From: Promethearchaeota archaeon | GTDB lineage: Archaea > Asgardarchaeota > Lokiarchaeia > Sigyniarchaeales > SOKP01 | Length of the DNA: 19,998 bases | NCBI GenBank assembly: GCA_019894975.1 | Contig: JAGXNO010000054.1 | Span: 1-19,998, forward strand | Direction of reading: 5' to 3' | Part shown: in pieces, positions 1-8,650 of the stretch | Position numbering within the stretch: the first letter of the stretch is position 1 | Layout of the letters: every line of letters begins with the position of its first letter | The notes under the pieces: model-generated | The model's input: the letters and a program-made list of their open reading frames with translations, nothing else | Database searches by the model: none | What the model was told of the DNA's origin: nothing | Position numbers and translations under genes: made by a program

Positions 1-582
1 ATCTAATTCTTCTATTATAGTATTTTCAGGGAGATTGCTTTCAATACAATTCAATACTTCATGTTTATAAGGATCAAAGATTTGTCCCTCGGAATTCATG
101 GGTTTCACACCCTCCCCTTCAAGTATCTTTTCGTAATTCTGTACAATCATCTCAATACCTTTTCTGATCGACTCATCAATTCCTTTTGCTCCTAATACTC
201 TTAAAACTCGCTTTAAATCGTCATAGTGGTTAATCAACTTCAGTAAGATTTTTTTCATAGCATAGAGTTGGTAATTTTGATTTTCACGATCTATTCTCTT
301 TTTATAATTCTCGAAGTCTGCCTGAACTCTTAATAAAGATTTTAGATATTTTTCATTTTCCTCTTTCAATTCTTTGTACGGTTTAGCATCTACTTTTAAA
401 TCTTTTAAAATTTGCTTTAATTTATTATTTTCAAGTCTTAATGTTTTAACTTGACTAACTGCAGATTTATATTTCTCCGCACACTCTTTTAAACCTTGAA
501 ATTCTTCTTTGGATATTTCTATATTATTTGAAGTTTTACTTCTGTCGCTTACAGACTTATCAAAATGGCCTCCAAATACCAT
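1..582 (-). CDS. grpE: Nucleotide exchange factor GrpE (5' part; runs off the left edge of the window)
   Basis: Not in the ORF track. My translation from ATG at 582 gives MVFGGHFDK..., a coiled-coil stretch, then LLRVQADFENYKKRIDRE...KGIEMIVQNYEKILEGEGVKPMNSEGQIFDPYKHEVL...ENTIIEELD, which are the hallmark GrpE motifs. The frame is open to position 1. Confidence 0.93.
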   Translation of the reverse strand, partial: MVFGGHFDKSVSDRSKTSNNIEISKEEFQGLKECAEKYKSAVSQVKTLRLENNKLKQILKDLKVDAKPYKELKEENEKYLKSLLRVQADFENYKKRIDRENQNYQLYAMKKILLKLINHYDDLKRVLRVLGAKGIDESIRKGIEMIVQNYEKILEGEGVKPMNSEGQIFDPYKHEVLNCIESNLPENTIIEELD

Positions 583-840
583 ATTTATATCCTCTACATT
601 TTTTTTCTAAATTGATTTTAAGTGTTTAAGTGATTTAAATTTATAATTATAGTGATTATAAAATATATATAGAAGACATTATTTTTATATCATACAATGA
701 ATTATATTAATTCACACTTGATACTTTTGGACACAAGCGATCCATTTTGAATCAAGTTTTTGATAAAGTCTTGTTAAGCTCAGGAGTAATAGAGAGTATG
801 ATTTGATCTTAAGGTTTTGGAGATCAGAACCTTCTTTAAT

Positions 841-984
841 AAGGTTAGCTTCTTTTAATGCTTTCAAAATTGGAGCATCTAATCGTTTTAAGATGGGATC
901 AATTAAATGTTCCATTTTAGCCCTTGTAAGTGTCATGGTTAGATGCTTTGGACCTTCATTTGTTGCAAGAATATAAAAAGGATT
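841..984 (-). pseudogene. dnaK: Internal fragment (relic) of dnaK/Hsp70
   Basis: The frame of ORF 712..936, extended upstream to the TAA at 988-990, reads NPFYILATNEGPKHLTMTLTRAKMEHLIDPILKRLDAPILKALKEANL. This matches the DnaK segment NLPYITADASGPKHL..TLTRAK.E.L...L......AL.DAGL. Similarity is lost on both sides. Confidence 0.8.
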
Positions 985-1114
985 GGTTTATTATTCCATA
1001 AATTAGTATCTAAGTCATTTTTAAGTTAGGTTTTTTTATAGGAAGTTTCTTCAAGAAACAAATCATCAAGTAAAGAAAGAAAAAGAAATTTTATAAAAAA
1101 TAATGTTAAATAAA

Positions 1115-3091
1115 TTAGATTGCTCGTGCTAAGGTTTGGGCATCATTGATTGCCGCTTGAATATCTCTAGGCTTTTTACAGTCACCTATATATTCAACTT
1201 TAAATCCTACATTCTCAAATTCTTTTTCAAGCGTTTTTCTTGGTGTAACCCTGCCACCTATGTGTATAAGTGTGTCAGCCTCAATTTCATGTTCTTTTCC
1301 ATCAGAGTCTTGAATTATTACTGCTTTATCAGTGACATCAATAAGTTTTGCATTTTTGAATTGAGGAATATTATTTTCTTTGAAGTATCTATGAATAAAT
1401 GCAATTCTACCTGTAAGATTTGCATTGGTTAGTATTCCAGCTAATATTTTTTCACTTCCAGCAATTCCTTTGATATTATAGCCTTGTTCTTTCAATGTAA
1501 TTGCTGTTTCTGCACCACCTTTCCAATAGGTATCCAATCCCCAGATGAACACATTTTTGCCGATGGGTTTTGATTTTGAAATCGCTTCATCTTGGGTTAA
1601 CACATTTGCACGACCCTCAAATTTTACAGGGGTTACAGCTTCTGTCCCAACTGCAAAAACTAGAGTATCACAATCAAGATCTCTGATTTCATCATTTGAT
1701 AATTCTTTATTTAAGTGAATAGGAACACCCATTTTACTAAGTTGGATTTTCTGGAATTTGACAATGTTCATAAATTGCTCTTTCTTGTATTCAGCAGCTA
1801 ATATGTGCATCAATCCACCTAATTTATCGGTTTTTTCATAGAGTTCAACATCATGACCTCGTAGTTTTGCCACACGTGCAAGTTCCATACCGGCAATTCC
1901 ACCCCCTATTACTACGATTTTTTTAGGAGCTTCGGTGGGAACTAGTTCTTTATAACTATGTCTTTTATAAGGATTCAGAACGCAAACTCGTCCGCATCCA
2001 ACTAGACATCCTAAGCAATGTTTAATATCATCAGTTTGACCACTAAAATATTTGTTCGGAGTATCTGGATCAGTAATTAATTGTCTACCCATATAGATTA
2101 TATCAGCCTTTCCCTGTTGTATAAATTCATCAGCCATTTTTGGATTAACGATATTTCCAACCCCAATTACTGGGATATTAACCACTTTCTTAATTGCTTC
2201 GGGATAATGTATAAATCCCCCAGGTGGAACATAAGTTGGGATATTTATCCCTCTCGGTGTTCTTACTTGTATTCCCTGAGTTACATCAATACAATCAACT
2301 CCAATGCTTTCAAGAATTTTAGCAACCTCCAGCTGATCTTGTATTTTTAAGCCATCAGGAAGGAGTTCTTCAGCAGAAATTCGTACAAAAATAGGATTAT
2401 CATTGACTTTATCTCTCATTTTTTCAACTGTTTCTTTAATGAATCGCGTCTTATTTTCCCAAGAACCACCATACTCATCTGTTCTTTGATTGTAATATGG
2501 GGATAAAAAATCGTGATATAGTGAACCATGGCAGGAATGAATTTCAACGTAATCAAATCCCGCCTCAATTGCTCTTTTACCCGCAGCGGCAAATAGATTT
2601 TCTATTTGGATAATTTCTGGTTTCGTCAGAGCATGAATTTCTTTGAACCCTATTTTTTCCAAATCCTTCCGCCAATTAGGATTTATCAATTCAAAAACAG
2701 AGCTTGCAGTTACTGGATCCACGCTGGAGGGGGCAGCAACAGGCATAGGCATTCTTAATATTGGGATAAACATTAATCCTAAAATACCACCATTAGCAAA
2801 TTGAATCCCAATCTTCGCACCATATTCATGAATTTTATCGGTAAATTTTTTAAACTCAGGAATATTCTCATCTAATCCCATACATGGTTGAATGGGATTA
2901 TTCATCGGTTCTGTTCCACTTGCTTCTACAGTAATTAAACCAGCACCTCCTTTTGCAATCGGTTCATAAACATTATAGAAATTCTTTCCCGGGATTCCGT
3001 TTGAGATTGAACCTGACATCATGGGTGGAAATCCAAGTCTATTTTTTATTTCCATATTTCTAATTTTTAATGGATCTGTTAGCTTTGCCAT
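1115..3091 (-). CDS. NADH:flavin oxidoreductase / Old Yellow Enzyme family Fe-S flavoenzyme (FadH/BaiCD-like architecture), paralog 1
   Basis: 658 aa. TIM-barrel motifs KNRLGFPPM, AKGGAGLITVE, AGFDYVEIHSCHG, NQRTDEYGGSWEN, ADIIYMGRQLITDP; Cys cluster CLGCLVGCGRVC; FAD motif VVIGGGIAGME; C-terminal IGDCKKPRDI. Confidence 0.92.
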   Translation of the reverse strand: MAKLTDPLKIRNMEIKNRLGFPPMMSGSISNGIPGKNFYNVYEPIAKGGAGLITVEASGTEPMNNPIQPCMGLDENIPEFKKFTDKIHEYGAKIGIQFANGGILGLMFIPILRMPMPVAAPSSVDPVTASSVFELINPNWRKDLEKIGFKEIHALTKPEIIQIENLFAAAGKRAIEAGFDYVEIHSCHGSLYHDFLSPYYNQRTDEYGGSWENKTRFIKETVEKMRDKVNDNPIFVRISAEELLPDGLKIQDQLEVAKILESIGVDCIDVTQGIQVRTPRGINIPTYVPPGGFIHYPEAIKKVVNIPVIGVGNIVNPKMADEFIQQGKADIIYMGRQLITDPDTPNKYFSGQTDDIKHCLGCLVGCGRVCVLNPYKRHSYKELVPTEAPKKIVVIGGGIAGMELARVAKLRGHDVELYEKTDKLGGLMHILAAEYKKEQFMNIVKFQKIQLSKMGVPIHLNKELSNDEIRDLDCDTLVFAVGTEAVTPVKFEGRANVLTQDEAISKSKPIGKNVFIWGLDTYWKGGAETAITLKEQGYNIKGIAGSEKILAGILTNANLTGRIAFIHRYFKENNIPQFKNAKLIDVTDKAVIIQDSDGKEHEIEADTLIHIGGRVTPRKTLEKEFENVGFKVEYIGDCKKPRDIQAAINDAQTLARAI

Positions 3092-3329
3092 ATTTTTCTC
3101 ATATTTTTAAAATTTTAATTTTAATTATCTATCTACATAATTTAACTTAAATTTTTTTGTCGAGTGATTGAATGCCGTCAATATAATTAGCAAGATATAC
3201 TAGAACTAAATCCTAATATCTCAACTCGAAGCATAACTGAAAATATAAAATAATAACGTTTTTTTAGAGCTAATTTCTTTTTTCATTATTATAAAATTAT
3301 AAAAGTTTGAGAAAAGTGTAAATTAAAAT
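3092..3329. promoter_or_regulatory. Divergent promoter region between flavoenzyme paralogs 1 and 2
   Basis: 238-bp AT-rich gap between head-to-head genes, with TTATAAAA boxes around 3289-3304 upstream of the ATG at 3330. Exact elements are not resolved. Confidence 0.5.
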
Positions 3330-5312
3330 ATGCCAAAATTAAGTGATCCAATAACAATAAGAGGAATGACCGTAAAGAATAGATTAGGTTATCCTCCCAT
3401 GCTCACATTTTCATCAGATGGGAGAGGTGCTCCTTCTCCGAGAACCTTCAATGTGCATAGGTTAAAAGCTCAAGGAGGAGTTGGTTTAATAACATATGAA
3501 AACTCCGGAGTAGATCCAATGACAGGGATGGGTTCAGCAAGTATAGGGAGAGATAGAGTTATACCTACCTATAAAGAATTAACGGATATGGTACATAGTT
3601 ATGGAGCGAAGATTGGGCTACAAGTAGGAAATGGCAGCCTAATTGGATTTTCTTTTGCTAACTTTTTATTCAATATGAATCCGGGTAATCCGATCGGTCC
3701 TTCTAAGGTAGATTTAGCAGAAGCTACTTCAGCTTATACCTTATATGATCCAACATGGCCAGAAAAAATTAAAGAGAAGAATTTTGAAATGCAAGTATTA
3801 TCTAAGGAACAAATTATCGCACTCGAAGATCAATTCGCAGCGGGAGCTAAGAGAGCTGTAGAAGCGGGATTTGATTACTTAGATATTCATTCAGGACACG
3901 GGATGTTGCATGCTTCTTTTTTATCCCCTTGGCTCAATAAAAGAACTGATGAGTATGGAGGTTCTTTTGAAAATCGATGTCGTTTTCATACAGAAACAAT
4001 CCAAAAAATGAGAGAACAAATCGGTGAAGATGTACCGATTTTTGTAAGATTTTCAGCAGATGAGTTAGTAGAAAATGGAAATCGAATAGAAGATGGTATA
4101 GAAATTGCGAAAGCATTGGAGAAGGGAGGTGCTGACTGTTTGGACGTAACTCAAGGTATTATATATCGAAACCCATCCGGTATCGAAATCCCATCTTATT
4201 GTAAACATGGTTGCTTTATCCGTTTAGCTGATGCTATTAAAAAAGAAGTCGACATTCCGGTTATAGGTGTCGGGAGGATCATTGATCCTGCGATGGCTGA
4301 TGAATTTATCCGAGAAGGAAAGGCAGACATTATATATATGGGACGTCAGTTAATATGTGATCCTGAAACACCTAACAAATATTTTAACGGACGTGCTGAC
4401 GAGATTAGACATTGCATGGGATGCTTACAGGATTGCAGTCGTGGTTGTGTACAAGATGTTCATGGTGGTCAAACTTACCAAGAGCTCACCCCCTCTAAAG
4501 AACCAAAAAAGATTATTATCTTAGGAGCTGGAATAGCTGGACTTGAAGCTGCGAGAGTTGCTAAACTCCGTGGACATGAAGTTGAAGTATATGAAAAAAC
4601 AGATACAGTTGGAGGTTTGGTTAAGTTGTTAGCAGCAGAATATGGGAAATCAGATTACATGAACTCAGTTAATTACTCAGTATCACAATTGAAAAAGCTT
4701 GGCGTCCGAATCAATTTTAATAAAGAGTTAACTAAAGATGATATTGCTAAGCTAAATCCAGATATTTTAGTTATCGCAACTGGCTCAGAAGCTACATTAC
4801 CTGTAAAATTAAAAGAGAAGCCGAATGTAATAACACAAGATGAATCAATCTTAAAAAGTAAGACAATAGGAAAGGATGTCGTTGTTTGGGGTTTAGAAGT
4901 TTACTGGCGTGGAGGACTAGAAACTTGCATCTCACTAATAGAAGAAGGATATAATGTGAAAGCTCTAGTGGGCCCAGAAAAATCATTAGGAGAAACTATC
5001 AAAGGAAGACAAGGAAAGCGATACTGGTTACTTAACTATATCAAAAGGAAAAATGTCCCAGTCTATAAAGAAGCTAAACTCGTAGATGTAACTGATAAAG
5101 AAGTCATATTTTTGGATAAAAACGGAGTTGAACAATCAATACAAGCAGATACCCTAGTACATTGTGGCTCTCGTATTACAAATGGAAAGAAATTACTAGA
5201 AGAATTTGAGGGTGTTGCCTCAGAGATTGTTCTCATCGGAGATGCTAGCAAACCAAGAGATATAAATTCAGCAATAAGGGAAGCTCAAAATTTTGCGTGG
5301 AAGCTAAAATAA
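3330..5312 (+). CDS. OYE-family Fe-S flavoenzyme, paralog 2
   Basis: 660 aa. KNRLGYPPM, AGFDYLDIHSGHG, NKRTDEYGGSFENR, CMGCLQDCSRGC, ILGAGIAGLE, IGDASKPRDI; collinear with paralogs 1 and 3. Confidence 0.92.
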   Translation: MPKLSDPITIRGMTVKNRLGYPPMLTFSSDGRGAPSPRTFNVHRLKAQGGVGLITYENSGVDPMTGMGSASIGRDRVIPTYKELTDMVHSYGAKIGLQVGNGSLIGFSFANFLFNMNPGNPIGPSKVDLAEATSAYTLYDPTWPEKIKEKNFEMQVLSKEQIIALEDQFAAGAKRAVEAGFDYLDIHSGHGMLHASFLSPWLNKRTDEYGGSFENRCRFHTETIQKMREQIGEDVPIFVRFSADELVENGNRIEDGIEIAKALEKGGADCLDVTQGIIYRNPSGIEIPSYCKHGCFIRLADAIKKEVDIPVIGVGRIIDPAMADEFIREGKADIIYMGRQLICDPETPNKYFNGRADEIRHCMGCLQDCSRGCVQDVHGGQTYQELTPSKEPKKIIILGAGIAGLEAARVAKLRGHEVEVYEKTDTVGGLVKLLAAEYGKSDYMNSVNYSVSQLKKLGVRINFNKELTKDDIAKLNPDILVIATGSEATLPVKLKEKPNVITQDESILKSKTIGKDVVVWGLEVYWRGGLETCISLIEEGYNVKALVGPEKSLGETIKGRQGKRYWLLNYIKRKNVPVYKEAKLVDVTDKEVIFLDKNGVEQSIQADTLVHCGSRITNGKKLLEEFEGVASEIVLIGDASKPRDINSAIREAQNFAWKLK

Positions 5313-5389
5313 TAACATTTTTTTGTAGTCAATTTTTTTTTTCTTTACTAACAAAATATAATATAATTAAATAAGGAGTAATTTAAAAT

Positions 5390-7378
5390 ATGCCAAAAAT
5401 TTCAGATCCAATTACTATTAGAAATATGGAGGTTAAAAACCGATTTGGTTATCCCCCCATGGTATCTGGGTCACATGACTCAGAAGGTAGGCCTACTGAG
5501 GCCGCTTTTACACAATATGAACTGAAAGCTAAAGGCGGTGTAGGGATAATGACCTATGAGGCTTCTCAACTCGATACTTGGCTAAGAGGCCCGGGGATGA
5601 CTGGTCCCAATATTGGGAGAGCAGAAAATGTACCTGCATTTAAGAAAATGACAGATCGCTTACACCAACATAATGTAAAAGTCGGAATGCAAATGAATAA
5701 GGTCGGTATGATTTCTTATACATTTGGCGCAATGGCTAATTTCTTTGGTCTTCCCTCTAACATTGGTCCCTCTAGTATTGATTTAGAACACGCAACATCC
5801 GCTTGGGCGTTAATGGTGCCGACTTGGTCTGATACCATTAAAAATAATAACCTGAAAATTAAAGAATTATCAGTAGAAGAAATAGACCAAATTCAAGATT
5901 TGTATGCTTCTGGTGCAAAAAATGCAATAGATGCAGGATTTGATTATGTAATGGTCCATTCTGGGCACGGAACCTTACCACAATCTTTTTTAACACCTTA
6001 TTTCAACAGGAGAACGGATAAATATGGTGGTTCCGTAGAAAAGAGATGCACTTTTATCAAGGAAACTGTTGGTAAAATAAGGAAAAGCATTGGTGATGAA
6101 CCCCCGATTTTAGTGCGGTTTTCTGCTGATGAACTTGTGCATGATGGTAATAAAATTGAAAACTCAATTGAAATCGCGCAAAATATGGAAAAAGCAGGTG
6201 TAGATTGCTTAGATATTACTCAAGGAATAATTCTTCGAAGTCCTTTTGGAATTACGATACCTAGTTATTGTAAACCTGGATGCTTCATTCACCTACCAGA
6301 AGAGATCAAAAAACATGTTGATATTCCGGTTATGGGTGTTGGAGGTGTTAATGATCCAAGAATGGCAGCAGAATTTATTGAACAAGAAAAATGCGACATT
6401 ATTAATATGGGACGTCAGTTGATATGTGATCCGGAAACTCCAAATAAATATTTTGATGGTAGAATTGATGATATTAAACGTTGCTTAGGGTGTTTAATGA
6501 GTTGTGGAACATGTGTATATGATGCTTATAGCGGTTTGAATTATCAAGAATTAACTCCATCAGCTGAAAAGAAGAAAATTGTGGTAATAGGAGGAGGAAT
6601 TGCAGGAATGGAAGCTGCTAGACTCGCAAAACTTAGAGGTCATGAGGTAGAATTATATGAAAAATCAAAGAAGTTGGGAGGATTAATACCTCTCCTTGCC
6701 AAAGAATTTGGTAAAGAGAGATATATACAAATCTCTGATTTCTTAGAAACTCAGTTGAAAAAATTGAATATCCCGGTTCATCTAAACAAAGAAGCAACTA
6801 AGGATGAAATTGCATTTTTGAATCCTGACATTTTAATACTAGCAACAGGCTCAGAAGCTACAATTCCTGTGAATTTGAAGGGAAAGGCCAATGTACTCAC
6901 TCAAGACGAGTCAATCTTAAAAAATAAAGATTTGGGAAAAGACATTGTAGTGTGGGGACTTAATGCGTACTGGAGAGGAGGATTAGAATCAGTAGTATCA
7001 CTTGCAGAAGAAGGTTACAATATTAAGGCTTTTATAGGTTCAGAAGCTGCTGTAGGACAAGTGATTGCAAGCGCAGCTGGTCGACGTTTTTGGATAATGA
7101 GATACTTAAGAGACTTGAAGGCTCCAATATATACTAACGCGAAGCTTTTAGATGTAACAGATGAAGGGGTCAAGTTTCTCGACAAAGATAAAAATGAACA
7201 ATTTATCGAAGCAGATAGCTTAGTGTATTGTGGCTCTCGGATCGCCAATGGGAAAGCATTATCAGAAATATTTGAGGGTGTTGCTCCAGAAATCAAGCTA
7301 CTTGGAGATTGTAACAGACCACGAGATATTCAAGCTGCCATGACTGATGCTCAAAAATATATTAGAAGTTTGAAATAA
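5390..7378 (+). CDS. OYE-family Fe-S flavoenzyme, paralog 3
   Basis: 662 aa. KNRFGYPPM, AGFDYVMVHSGHG, NRRTDKYGGSVEKR, CLGCLMSCGTC, VIGGGIAGME, LGDCNRPRDI; AAGGAG RBS-like motif upstream. Confidence 0.92.
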   Translation: MPKISDPITIRNMEVKNRFGYPPMVSGSHDSEGRPTEAAFTQYELKAKGGVGIMTYEASQLDTWLRGPGMTGPNIGRAENVPAFKKMTDRLHQHNVKVGMQMNKVGMISYTFGAMANFFGLPSNIGPSSIDLEHATSAWALMVPTWSDTIKNNNLKIKELSVEEIDQIQDLYASGAKNAIDAGFDYVMVHSGHGTLPQSFLTPYFNRRTDKYGGSVEKRCTFIKETVGKIRKSIGDEPPILVRFSADELVHDGNKIENSIEIAQNMEKAGVDCLDITQGIILRSPFGITIPSYCKPGCFIHLPEEIKKHVDIPVMGVGGVNDPRMAAEFIEQEKCDIINMGRQLICDPETPNKYFDGRIDDIKRCLGCLMSCGTCVYDAYSGLNYQELTPSAEKKKIVVIGGGIAGMEAARLAKLRGHEVELYEKSKKLGGLIPLLAKEFGKERYIQISDFLETQLKKLNIPVHLNKEATKDEIAFLNPDILILATGSEATIPVNLKGKANVLTQDESILKNKDLGKDIVVWGLNAYWRGGLESVVSLAEEGYNIKAFIGSEAAVGQVIASAAGRRFWIMRYLRDLKAPIYTNAKLLDVTDEGVKFLDKDKNEQFIEADSLVYCGSRIANGKALSEIFEGVAPEIKLLGDCNRPRDIQAAMTDAQKYIRSLK

Positions 7379-7418
7379 AAAATTCAATTCTATTTTTAAT
7401 AATCTTTTTCTTTCTTTT

Positions 7419-7760
7419 TTACATCCAAGAGACAATTTTTGATGTAGTTGCTAAGATGTTAACTAGGTCTTCATAATCTATGCCTTTGATTTTAGGTTGA
7501 AGCTTCTCTGGATCAATTCCTCGAGCCTTAAAGTCAGGTATCATGGAATAAAATTCTAAAGGTAGTTGTAGCAATTCTTTCATCAATGGGGAAGTAGAAT
7601 GCTTATGACTTGTCCCAATAACAGCATCATGGATAAATATAAAGGTTATTTGAGCACCTAGATTTAGTTGATTTTCTATAATCTTTTTTACAGTACTCAA
7701 TTTTGATTCCAATAAGGGACTAAATCCATATAAATATACTAAAGAAAGTTGTTCATTCAT
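7419..7760 (-). CDS. DsrH/TusB-like sulfur relay subunit
   Basis: 113 aa. FIFIHDAVIG, DFKARGI and IDYEDLVNILATTSKIVSW are typical of DsrH/TusB; third gene of the trio; GGTGA RBS upstream. Confidence 0.8.
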   Translation of the reverse strand: MNEQLSLVYLYGFSPLLESKLSTVKKIIENQLNLGAQITFIFIHDAVIGTSHKHSTSPLMKELLQLPLEFYSMIPDFKARGIDPEKLQPKIKGIDYEDLVNILATTSKIVSWM

Positions 7761-7777
7761 TTTTATTCACCATCCAT

Positions 7778-8155
7778 TCAATATTTAAAACACATTTCTG
7801 CTTCAAGAATTAATTTGGAAATAATTTCCATATCTATGACCTTCAAATTCTCATTTTGGATTAAATCCGTTATTTCCAGCCCAGCAGTCTTAAGAGCCTC
7901 ATCATGAACATATATTTCTAAATCAGAAAGCTCCATCAATCTTATTATATTGTCAACAGGGTCAACATTTAAGGCTTTAGGAGTTAAATTCTTATTAAGA
8001 AAGTAAACAGCGTCCCCCATGAAAATAACCTTACAAAGTTCTATATCCCCAACTGCCAGTAAGCCTGTAGCTAAACGAATAGATTCCGTAACAGAATTTT
8101 TTCCAAATGGAGAATCTTCACATATTATTACAATAGATTGAACCATTTTCATCAA
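7778..8155 (-). CDS. DsrF/TusC-like (DsrE-fold) subunit; true start probably ATG at 8146 or 8152
   Basis: SPFGKNSVTESIRLATGL, VIFMGDAVYFL, IYVHDEALKTAGL; overlaps the stop of the upstream gene; GGAGG at 8156-8160 (minus strand). Confidence 0.8.
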   Translation of the reverse strand: MMKMVQSIVIICEDSPFGKNSVTESIRLATGLLAVGDIELCKVIFMGDAVYFLNKNLTPKALNVDPVDNIIRLMELSDLEIYVHDEALKTAGLEITDLIQNENLKVIDMEIISKLILEAEMCFKY

Positions 8156-8520
8156 CCTCCAGGACCGAAGAAAATTACTTTATCTGATTGAGATATCAAA
8201 TCTGAAAGGCTCCCCAATCCTTCCTGGCATGCACCATCAATAAATTCATTGGATTTGATACCAGTTAAACTGATCCATGTGCTACAGGCGGCTAATTTAG
8301 TGTTGATCCTCTTACTGAATTGGCTAAGGCGTTCTGATATATTCCTTACAGAATCATAAGGAAATTCCCGGCTTTTAATGCTATGTACTCCACTTCCGTA
8401 GAGAAAAATACCTAAAATTTCATGACCTTTTGCAATTATTGCTTCCCCTAAATTTATAGCGGTATCTATCGCTTCATATTTGTAAGGTTCCGCGGATACT
8501 ACAATAGTAAATGATACCAT
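8152..8520 (-). CDS. DsrE/TusD-like sulfurtransferase subunit
   Basis: 122 aa. EPYKYE, GHEILGIFLYGSGV, putative active-site Cys in LAACSTW, and GLGSLSDLISQSDKVIFF. Confidence 0.85.
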   Translation of the reverse strand: MVSFTIVVSAEPYKYEAIDTAINLGEAIIAKGHEILGIFLYGSGVHSIKSREFPYDSVRNISERLSQFSKRINTKLAACSTWISLTGIKSNEFIDGACQEGLGSLSDLISQSDKVIFFGPGG

Positions 8521-8650
8521 CTCTTTATACCTACTTAGCTTTCATCCTAACCTTTTAATATGCAATTAATATATATAATATTTAAGATATAAGACAAAAT
8601 TTATTTGCATTACTTTAAAATTCATTTAAATATATAAAATCTGACATAAG

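Noticed and set aside
712-936. 74-aa ORF as an ordinary independent gene
   Set aside because: DnaK similarity begins upstream of its ATG and stops midway, which fits a gene fragment better than a gene.
3159-3231. Imperfect long-range inverted repeat (TCGAGTGATTGA / TCAACTCGA) in the divergent promoter
   Set aside because: Short, gapped and widely spaced; I cannot distinguish it from chance without orthologous sequences.
1136-7296. Short ORFs antisense to the flavoenzyme genes (1136..1432, 2081..2350, 3934..4116, 4792..4986, 5063..5251, 7015..7296)
   Set aside because: Shadow ORFs fully inside strong genes. The resemblance between 5063..5251 and 7015..7296 simply mirrors the paralogy on the coding strand.
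8149-8154. TGA at the end of the DsrE-like gene as possible selenocysteine readthrough
   Set aside because: It falls at the natural C-terminus of the family, is followed by a second in-frame TGA and overlaps the next start; the active site already has Cys.
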